Assembly: GCA_041397725.1 (NCBI GenBank)
Contig: JAWKVZ010000010.1
Location: forward strand, 9,108-33,107
DNA: 24,000 nt
Origin: Hyphomicrobiaceae bacterium
GTDB taxonomy: Bacteria > Pseudomonadota > Alphaproteobacteria > Rhizobiales > Hyphomicrobiaceae
Reading direction: 5' to 3'
Translations under genes and position numbers: made by a program
Shown: positions 17,309-24,000 of the stretch, in pieces
How the letters are laid out: the number at the start of each line of letters is the position of its first letter
Position numbering within the stretch: position 1 is the stretch's first letter
Notes under the pieces: model-generated
Databases searched by the model: none
The model's input: the letters and a program-made list of their open reading frames with translations, nothing else
What the model was told of the DNA's origin: nothing

Positions 17309-18967
17309 ATGAACAGGATCACCGGCCGCAGCGCCTTTCTGGCGCTCCTGAAGGACGAGGGCATCACGCATCTCTTCGGCAATCCCGGCACGACGGAATT
17401 GCCGATCATGCATGCTCTCAAGGAGCATCCCGATCTCAACTACGTCCTCGCCCTGCAAGAGAGCCTCGTCGTCGCCATGGCGGACGGCTTCTCGCGCGCC
17501 ACCGGACGCCTCGTTGCCTGCAACGTGCATGTCGCCCCCGGCCTCGGCAACGCGCTCGGCTCGCTCTACAATGCCAAGTTCACGGGCACACCGATGATCC
17601 TGACGGCCGGCCAGCAGGAGCTGGGCCACGGGCTCACCGAGCCACTGCTCTACGATACGCTCGTGCCGATGGCCGAGCCGCTGGTGAAATGGGCGACCGA
17701 GATCCATCGCCTGGAGGACATGCCGCGCATCATCCGCCGCGCCGCCAAGATCGCCATGACGCCGCCGACCGGCCCGGTGTTCATCTCGCTGCCGGGCGAC
17801 ATCCTCAACAACGAGGCCGGCATCGACCTCGGCCAATCGACGCGCATCGAGACACGCGTGCGCCCGTCCGACGAGTTGCTGGAGCGCCTCGCCGACCGCC
17901 TGCTCAAGGCCGAGCGGCCGGTGATCATCTGCGGCGACGAGGTCGTGAAGAGCGACGCACTCGAGGAGGCGGCCGCCTTCGCCGAGACGCTGGGGGCACC
18001 GGCCTACCAGCAGACCTGCCCTTACGGAGCCCACTTCCTCTCCGAGCGAGCGACCTTCATGGGAGCGCTCTCGCGCGACCAGAAGCAGGTGCGCTCGGTC
18101 CTCGAGCCCTACGACCTCATGATCGTCGTGGGCGCCGACGTGCTGCGCATGTCGGTGTGGAGCGAGACGGATCCCATGCCGCCGGGCCTCTCTCACGTGC
18201 AGATCGGCCTCGTCGACTGGGAGATGGGCAAGAACTATTCGCCAGAGATGGCCATTCTCGCCGATGTCCGGGAGACGCTCGCGGCCCTCATCCCGGTGCT
18301 GCGGCGCAAGGGTGGCGCGGCGCTCGAAGCCCGCGCGAAGGCGGCCGTGGCGGCGCTCGCCGACAAGAACTGGTCCGCCAGGCGTGCAAAGCTCAAGACG
18401 CAGATCGACGCGGCTCCCCCGGGCAAGCCGATCGCCCCGGACTGGATGACACTGCGGATCGCCGAAGCCCTGCCCAAGGATGCCATCGTGGTCAACGAAG
18501 GCCTGACCTCGGCCCGCCTCATCAACGACCTCGTCCCCTATCGGGACCGCTACTCCTTCCACGGTCTCGCCTCGGGCGGCATCGGCTGGGGCATTGCGGC
18601 GGCGGTCGGCGTGCAGATCGCCCATCCCGATCGCCGCGTGGTTGCCGTCATCGGCGACGGCAGTGCCATGTACTCGGTGCAGGCACTGTGGACGGCCGCA
18701 CATCTCAAGCTGCCGCTCACCTACATCATCTGCAACAACGGCGGCTATCGCATCATCAAGCAGCGCCTGCTGGCCTTCCACGGCAACGACCAGTTCATCG
18801 GCATGGACTTCAAGGACCCGGCCATCGACTGGGTCGGGCTGGCAAGCTCGATGGGCGTCACCGCGACGCGCGTGACCGATCCGGACCAGTTGAAGCCGGC
18901 GCTCGAGGCAGCGCTCGCCAATCCCGGCCCCAACCTGCTGGACGTGGTCGTCGACGGCAAGGTCTGA
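17309..18967 (+). CDS. Thiamine diphosphate-binding enzyme, benzoylformate decarboxylase / acetolactate synthase-like
   Basis: 552 aa from MNRITGRSAFLALLKDEGITHLFGNPGTTELPIMHAL. Motifs: LALQESLVVAMADGFSRATG, FISLPGD, and ThDP motif VIGDGSAMYSVQALWTAAHLKLPLTYIICNNGGY. Confidence 0.88.
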   Translation: MNRITGRSAFLALLKDEGITHLFGNPGTTELPIMHALKEHPDLNYVLALQESLVVAMADGFSRATGRLVACNVHVAPGLGNALGSLYNAKFTGTPMILTAGQQELGHGLTEPLLYDTLVPMAEPLVKWATEIHRLEDMPRIIRRAAKIAMTPPTGPVFISLPGDILNNEAGIDLGQSTRIETRVRPSDELLERLADRLLKAERPVIICGDEVVKSDALEEAAAFAETLGAPAYQQTCPYGAHFLSERATFMGALSRDQKQVRSVLEPYDLMIVVGADVLRMSVWSETDPMPPGLSHVQIGLVDWEMGKNYSPEMAILADVRETLAALIPVLRRKGGAALEARAKAAVAALADKNWSARRAKLKTQIDAAPPGKPIAPDWMTLRIAEALPKDAIVVNEGLTSARLINDLVPYRDRYSFHGLASGGIGWGIAAAVGVQIAHPDRRVVAVIGDGSAMYSVQALWTAAHLKLPLTYIICNNGGYRIIKQRLLAFHGNDQFIGMDFKDPAIDWVGLASSMGVTATRVTDPDQLKPALEAALANPGPNLLDVVVDGKV

Positions 18968-19085
18968 AGCGCATCCCCAGGTTCGCAGGCCGGCCCCGGC
19001 GCCGGCCTCTGGCCTTGCACTTGCATCCAGGCTATCAGAGGCCGCATCGAATTCCTCAACGACCCGATCCTCACGGAGAGTATCC

Positions 19086-20105
19086 ATGACGCAGACGCTC
19101 GAGCAGATCGCCCAGGCCATGGTGGCGCCCGGCAAAGGCATTCTCGCCGCCGACGAGAGCACCGGCACCATCAAGCGCCGGTTCGACTCCATCAAGACCG
19201 AGTCGACGGAGAACAGCCGCCGCGACTACCGCGAGATGCTGTTCCGCTGCACCGACGCCATGAAGAACCACATCTCCGGCGTCATCCTCTACGACGAGAC
19301 GCTGCGCCAGAAGGCCAAGGACGGCACGCCGCTCGCCAAGGTCATCGCCGACACCGGTGCACTGCCCGGCATCAAGGTCGACAAGGGCACCAAGCCCCTG
19401 CAGTTCTGCCCGGCGGAGGTCGTGACCGAAGGGCTCGACGGCCTGCCCGACCGCGTCAAGGAGTACGTCGGCCTCGGCGCCAAGTTCGCCAAATGGCGCG
19501 CCGTCATCGACATCGGCAACGGCATCCCCTCCTACACCTGCATCAAGACCAACGCCCACGCGCTCGCCCGCTATGCCGCCATCTGCCTCGAGGGCGGCCT
19601 CGTGCCGATCGTCGAGCCGGAGGTGCTGATGGACGGCACCCATGACATCGACCGCTGCGCCGAGGTCACCGAGTGGGTGCTCAAGGAGGTCTACCAGGAG
19701 CTCTACTACAATCGCGTCACACTCGAGCAGACCGTCCTGAAGCCCAACATGGTCATCGCCGGCAAGAAGTCGCCGAAGCAGGCGGGCCACGAGGAGGTGG
19801 CCGAGAAGACGCTCATGGTTCTGAAGCGCACCGTGCCGGCCGCCGTGCCGGGCATCGCCTTCCTTTCGGGTGGCCAGTCCGACGAGGACGCGACGGCGCA
19901 CCTTCACTACATGAACGCCATGGGCCCGAACCCCTGGAAGCTGTCGTTCTCCTATGGCCGTGCGCTTCAGGCCGCGGCACTCAAGGCCTGGAGCGGCAAG
20001 GCGGAGAACGTGGCCGCCGGACAGCGGGCCTTCTCGCATCGCGCCCGCATGAACGGCCTCGCCGCCTCCGGCAAGTGGAAGCCGGAGCTCGAGAAGGTGG
20101 CTTAA
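19086..20105 (+). CDS. Class I fructose-bisphosphate aldolase
   Basis: 339 aa ORF MTQTLEQIAQAMVAPGKGILAADESTGTIKRRFDSI...LPGIKVDKGTKPL...VEPEVLMDGTHDIDRCAEVTEWVL...GIAFLSGGQSDEDATAHLHYMN. Confidence 0.95.
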   Translation: MTQTLEQIAQAMVAPGKGILAADESTGTIKRRFDSIKTESTENSRRDYREMLFRCTDAMKNHISGVILYDETLRQKAKDGTPLAKVIADTGALPGIKVDKGTKPLQFCPAEVVTEGLDGLPDRVKEYVGLGAKFAKWRAVIDIGNGIPSYTCIKTNAHALARYAAICLEGGLVPIVEPEVLMDGTHDIDRCAEVTEWVLKEVYQELYYNRVTLEQTVLKPNMVIAGKKSPKQAGHEEVAEKTLMVLKRTVPAAVPGIAFLSGGQSDEDATAHLHYMNAMGPNPWKLSFSYGRALQAAALKAWSGKAENVAAGQRAFSHRARMNGLAASGKWKPELEKVA

Positions 20106-20152
20106 GATCCGAGCGTCCTCTCTGGACGAGCCTCACGACGGGCTTCATTGAA

Positions 20153-20192
20153 AGCGCCGCCCCGGAGCACTCCGGGGCGGCGCTGTTTTTTT
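20153..20192 (+). terminator. Intrinsic terminator downstream of the class I aldolase gene
   Basis: Perfect 14-bp stem AGCGCCGCCCCGGA-GCAC-TCCGGGGCGGCGCT followed by GTTTTTTT. Confidence 0.93.
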
Positions 20193-20224
20193 CGGCGCGA
20201 GGTGGTGACGACCCGGCGATGCCG

Positions 20225-20812
20225 TCAGCGCGCCTGCGCCACGGGGATGCGGCCGGCGATGGTGTGTTTGCCGCCCTTCGGATCGATCCTGAGAATGATC
20301 ATTTCTCCCGACGACACCGCGGTATCGGTGAGCGCGCTGATATTGAACTGATGCGTCACCAGCACATGCAGCTCGCCGGCGGGAATGGCGGAGATGTAGC
20401 GGCGAAGCTCGGAAGTGCGCGCGCGGTCCTTGCTGGGATCGTGGTAGAGCGAGTTCAGGAACGTCCGCTCCTCCACCTTTCCGAGGCCGAGCAACTCCGC
20501 CGTCTCGCGGCAGCGGCACCACTCACTCGAGAGCACGCGCGCCACCTTGATGCCGCGCCGCCTGAACGCCTCCCCGAGCCGGCGGGCCTCGGCGCGCCCG
20601 GTGGCGTCGAGATTGCGTTGCGTCGTGCAGTCGCCGAGCTTGAAGCGGGCGGGATCGCCGGTGCCGGGCGCCGTGGCGTGGCGGATGAGAACCACGTAGC
20701 CGGACGTCGCGACGAGCTTCCACGCCGCCTCGCCCCTGACCTCACGCGCGGAGGCGGCGGCGGGCGCCAGCGTCACGAGCGCCAGCAGTGCCGCCACGAC
20801 GAGCGCCTTCAA
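20225..20812 (-). CDS. Secreted histidine phosphatase superfamily protein (phosphoglycerate mutase-like)
   Basis: Likely TTG start (MKALVVAALLALVTLAPAAASA signal peptide) within the longer ORF 20225..21217, with catalytic VVLIRHATAPG; TTG overlaps the stop of the upstream ORF (4 bp). Confidence 0.82.
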   Translation of the reverse strand: MKALVVAALLALVTLAPAAASAREVRGEAAWKLVATSGYVVLIRHATAPGTGDPARFKLGDCTTQRNLDATGRAEARRLGEAFRRRGIKVARVLSSEWCRCRETAELLGLGKVEERTFLNSLYHDPSKDRARTSELRRYISAIPAGELHVLVTHQFNISALTDTAVSSGEMIILRIDPKGGKHTIAGRIPVAQAR

Positions 20813-21264
20813 TTGCGGTCCTCCGGCAGCACGGGGATCGGATAGCATGGCACGCCCTCCTCCTCGAGCTCCTGCACCTCGCTCGGCGACGCCTCGCCGT
20901 AAATGCCGCGCGGCTCGCTTTCCTCGTAATGGATCTTGCGGGCCTCCTCCGCGAAGCGCGGCCCGACGTACTCCGACTTCGCCAGAACCTCGTCGCGCAC
21001 CTTGCGCAGCGCCTCCAGCATCTTGCGCTGTTCCTCTGGCATGCCCGCCGCCTGCGTCATCGCGGGCGCTGGCGCCGCCACGGGCTGTGCGCTCTCGGAC
21101 TTGGAGACGATTCCGGGCGCCATCAGCGCCTTCTCGACATTGTTGGAGCCGCAGTCGGGGCATGTCACCTGCTTGCGCTTGGCCTGCCGGTCGTAGGTCG
21201 CGCTGTTGCGGAACCACGCTTCAAATTCGTGCCCCTTCTTGCACACCAGACGGTATCGGATCAT
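20809..21264 (-). CDS. DUF1178 family protein
   Basis: 151 aa ORF MIRYRLVCKKGHEFEAWFRNSATYDRQAKRKQVTCPDCGSNNVEKALMAPGI, with a CxxC zinc-ribbon-like pattern typical of the family. Confidence 0.88.
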   Translation of the reverse strand: MIRYRLVCKKGHEFEAWFRNSATYDRQAKRKQVTCPDCGSNNVEKALMAPGIVSKSESAQPVAAPAPAMTQAAGMPEEQRKMLEALRKVRDEVLAKSEYVGPRFAEEARKIHYEESEPRGIYGEASPSEVQELEEEGVPCYPIPVLPEDRN

Positions 21265-22142
21265 GTGACCTCCGACGCCCTCTTCTGCGCCGCCGCCTCC
21301 ACGACCTCGAACTCCCGATCGTGCTCGAGCGACGGCACGCGCTGTCGCGCCTCCTCCACCTTGGCGCAGTCGACATCAGCGAACACGACCATCGGATCGA
21401 TGCCGCCCTCCGCGACGACCTCGCCCCAGGGGGCCACGACCAGCGAATGGCCGAACGTGGCGCGGCCGTTCTCGTGACGTCCGCCCTGCGCCGCTGCCAG
21501 CACCCAGCACCCCGTCTCGATCGCCCGCGCCCGCAGCAGCACGTGCCAGTGGGCCTCGCCGGTCTGGCGCGTGAAGGCCGAGGGCACCGTCAGCACCTGC
21601 GCACCCGCCTTCGCCAGCGCCCGGTAAAGATGAGAGAAGCGCAGGTCGTAGCAGATGGTGATACCGAGCCGGCACCACGGCAGATCGGCCACCACCGCCG
21701 TGGCGCCCGGCGCGAAATTACGCGACTCGCGATAGCTCTCGCCGCCCGGCAACGTCACGTCGAACATGTGCAGCTTATCGTAGCGCGCGACGATGACGCC
21801 CTTCGGGTCGATCAGCAGCGCACGGTTGGCGATCTTGTCGGCGCTGACCGCGACGCCGACCGAGCCGAGGTGCAGCCAGATGCCGAGTTCACGCGCCAGG
21901 GCGCGATAATGCGCGAGGACGGGGTTGCCCTCCTCGGGACGCGTCGCCACGAACAGCCGGGCGCGGTCCATCTCCATGATGTTGGTATTTTCCGGCGTCT
22001 GCACGTACTGGGCACCGCCACGGGCCGCCGCGCGGATCAGATCCGTCGTCGCAACGAGATTGGCCTCGACGTCGCGCCCCGTCCTGAGCTGCACGAGGCC
22101 GACCCGGAAGCGCCCACTGGCCCCAGCCGGTTGCGTGGTCAT
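21261..22142 (-). CDS. Carbon-nitrogen hydrolase (nitrilase/Nit superfamily) family protein
   Basis: 293 aa ORF with the Glu-Lys-Cys pattern: PENTNIMEM..., YDKLHMFDVTLPGGESYRESRNFAPG, CRLGITICYDLRFSHLYRALAKAGAQVLTVPSAF. Confidence 0.92.
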   Translation of the reverse strand: MTTQPAGASGRFRVGLVQLRTGRDVEANLVATTDLIRAAARGGAQYVQTPENTNIMEMDRARLFVATRPEEGNPVLAHYRALARELGIWLHLGSVGVAVSADKIANRALLIDPKGVIVARYDKLHMFDVTLPGGESYRESRNFAPGATAVVADLPWCRLGITICYDLRFSHLYRALAKAGAQVLTVPSAFTRQTGEAHWHVLLRARAIETGCWVLAAAQGGRHENGRATFGHSLVVAPWGEVVAEGGIDPMVVFADVDCAKVEEARQRVPSLEHDREFEVVEAAAQKRASEVT

Positions 22143-22423
22143 GCCTTGCTCCCATTCCCTTGCCCATCACCTGCCAGGAGCGGATCGAGCTCGCCCTTGG
22201 CATCGAGCGCGTAGAGATCGTCACAGCCTCCTACGTGGCGCTCGCCGATCCAGATCTGCGGCACCGTGTGACGCCCACCGGCCTTCTCGCGCATCTCGGC
22301 GCGACGGGACGAATCGAACGTGACATCGATTTCGTCCACCTCGGCCCCTTTGGCGCCGAGCAGACGCTTGGCGCTGTAGCAATAGGGGCACATCATCGTC
22401 GTGTAGATCGTAACCTTCGCCAT
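22139..22423 (-). CDS. grxC: Glutaredoxin 3
   Basis: MAKVTIYTTMMCPYCYSAKRLLGAKGAEVDEIDVTFDSSRRAEMREKAGGRHTVPQIWIGERHVGGCDDLYALD, with CPYC active site, TVPQIWI and GGCDDL motifs. Confidence 0.95.
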   Translation of the reverse strand: MAKVTIYTTMMCPYCYSAKRLLGAKGAEVDEIDVTFDSSRRAEMREKAGGRHTVPQIWIGERHVGGCDDLYALDAKGELDPLLAGDGQGNGSKA

Positions 22424-22544
22424 GCGCGAATCCAATCCGTGATCGTGGGAGAACGCGAGCGCAAACCCGGCACGCAGTGTCCGTAGTGCCGACAGTGTAA
22501 CAGGAATCCAGAATCTAAAGCGCCATCGGCCCCGATGGAAGCCG

Positions 22545-23312
22545 TCACGTTCCCACGAGCACGGCATCCGTGACCATGGCCAGGGCCACGACGTCGACCC
22601 GTGCCGCACCGGCGGCTCTCAGCACCCTGGCACAGGCCTCGACGGTGGCGCCCGTCGTGATGACATCATCCACGAGCAGAATCCGGAGGTCGTCGACCGG
22701 CCGGCTCGGCCGCGTCCGCAGGGCGAATGCGCCCGCGACATTGCGGCGGCGCTGATCATGGGTAAGGCCGACCTGAGACGGGGTCCGGCGCCGGCGCACC
22801 AGCAGCGTCGGATCGTGCCGCACCCCCGTCAGGCGCGCCAGCTCGCCGGACAGGATCGCCGCTTGGTTGTAGCGGCGCGACAGCAGACGCCAGCGATGCA
22901 GGGGCACCGGCACGATCAGATCGAGGTCGGCGCGCAACGGCGCACTCGCCTGCTCGAGCCATCGCCCGAACAAGCGGCGGGCATCGTGCCGGTCGCCATA
23001 CTTGAACTGATGGAGCAGTTGCCGGATGACGCCATCGTAGCGCGCCACTGCCCGCGCCCGATCGTAGGCGGGCGGAGAGGCCATGGCCGCTGCCGACAGC
23101 ATGGGACCGCCGGTATCATAGGGCATCGGCAGGCCGAGCCGATCACACAGCGGCGCGCGGATGAAATCGATCCCGCGCCAGCATGCGGCGCACAACGCAT
23201 CGTGTCGGGCGATGGGCTCCCGGCAGGACAGGCAGACGGGCGGCAGCACATACTCGCCGAGGCGGTGCAGAGTCCGCGCGAGCGCTCCCCGTGCCTCTGC
23301 GATCGTCGCCAT
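22545..23312 (-). CDS. ComF family protein (phosphoribosyltransferase-like)
   Basis: 255 aa ORF with CxxC pairs (PPVCLSCREPI..LCAACW), PVPLHRWRLLSRRYNQA, and PRPP motif ILLVDDVITTGATVEAC. Confidence 0.93.
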   Translation of the reverse strand: MATIAEARGALARTLHRLGEYVLPPVCLSCREPIARHDALCAACWRGIDFIRAPLCDRLGLPMPYDTGGPMLSAAAMASPPAYDRARAVARYDGVIRQLLHQFKYGDRHDARRLFGRWLEQASAPLRADLDLIVPVPLHRWRLLSRRYNQAAILSGELARLTGVRHDPTLLVRRRRTPSQVGLTHDQRRRNVAGAFALRTRPSRPVDDLRILLVDDVITTGATVEACARVLRAAGAARVDVVALAMVTDAVLVGT

Positions 23313-23343
23313 CGCCCTCGCCTACACTAACCAACCGGCAACC

Positions 23344-24000
23344 ATGCTAAGCTTGAAGGAAGATCCCTGGCTAGCCCTCAATAGGCTCAAACAGTCGAGC
23401 TTGCCCGTGCGCGCCCCTCCGACCGATCAGGCCCTTTTCGACCGCACCCTGGTCCTGCAGCGACGCCGCAGGGCCGCCGCCGCGCTGCCCCGGCACGACT
23501 TCCTCTTGCGCCATGCCGCCGACGAGATCGCCTTCCGCATCTCGGCCGTGCTGCGCCAATTCCCCAGGGCGCTCGACCTCGGAGCACATCACGGCCTCAT
23601 CGCGCGCACGCTCGCGGAGAACGCGGCGATCGGTCAGGTTATCGCTCTCGATCCCTGCCCCGATCTGTTGCGCGCCTCGCCCGGTCCCACCGTCTGCGCC
23701 TACGAGGAGTTGTTGCCCTTCGCGGACGCCTCGCTCGATCTGGTGGTGTCGGCCTTCGGTCTGCAATTCGTCAACGATCTGCCGGGGGCTCTGATCCAGA
23801 TCCGGCGCGCGCTCAGGCCGGACGGTCTGTTCCTCGCGGCGATCCTCGGCGGTCGCACGCTGGGCGAACTCGCCGACGCGCTCCTCTCGGCCGAAGCCTG
23901 GCTCACAGGTGGCGCCAGTCCGCGCGTAGGGCCCTTTGCGGATGTCCGCGATCTCGGCGCGCTCTTGCAGCGGGCAGGTTTCGCGCTACCGGTGGCGGAC
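23344..24000 (+). CDS. SAM-dependent methyltransferase (BioC/NDUFAF5-like), truncated by the window edge
   Basis: Manual translation MLSLKEDPWLALNRLKQSSLPVRAPPTDQALFDRTLVLQRRRRAAAALPRHDFLLRHAADEIAFRISAVLRQFPRALDLGAHHGLIARTLAEN...ELLPFADASLDLVVSAFGLQFVNDLPGALIQIRRALRPDGLFLAAILGG; open to 24000. Confidence 0.85.
   Translation, partial: MLSLKEDPWLALNRLKQSSLPVRAPPTDQALFDRTLVLQRRRRAAAALPRHDFLLRHAADEIAFRISAVLRQFPRALDLGAHHGLIARTLAENAAIGQVIALDPCPDLLRASPGPTVCAYEELLPFADASLDLVVSAFGLQFVNDLPGALIQIRRALRPDGLFLAAILGGRTLGELADALLSAEAWLTGGASPRVGPFADVRDLGALLQRAGFALPVAD

Noticed and set aside
17186-19195. 669 aa minus-strand ORF
   Set aside because: Antisense shadow of the well-supported ThDP enzyme gene on the plus strand. 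High-GC codon structure keeps the opposite frame open, and the translation has no recognisable motifs.
1-24000. CRISPR array, retron, or other repeat-spacer structure
   Set aside because: No regularly spaced repeats, reverse transcriptase motifs or Cas-like proteins were seen on either strand.

Overview
This 24 kb, GC-rich window looks alphaproteobacterial (probably Hyphomicrobiales/Rhizobiales-like, inferred from gene content and synteny). The left edge (about 1-2490) is accessory. It holds a GHKL/HSP90-like ATPase gene that runs off the edge and appears frameshifted, then a compact Phd-like antitoxin / PemK-MazF-like toxin / serine resolvase cassette that ends next to the 3' end of a tRNA-Arg(CCT) gene. 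The rest is mostly chromosomal housekeeping or metabolism: PHA synthase, a threonine dehydrogenase-like and KBL-like pair, polyphosphate:AMP phosphotransferase, an Arg-rich secreted protein, yebC, ruvC-ruvA without adjacent ruvB, a YmdB-like phosphoesterase, 5-FTHF cyclo-ligase, a candidate 6S RNA, zapA, gap, a benzoylformate-decarboxylase-like ThDP enzyme, class I FBP aldolase, and a tightly overlapping comF/glutaredoxin/nitrilase/DUF1178/phosphatase cluster. I saw no CRISPR array and no clearly new multi-gene system. The best candidates for a second look are the tRNA-proximal cassette with its upstream inverted repeat, the broken ATPase, and the divergent ThDP enzyme.
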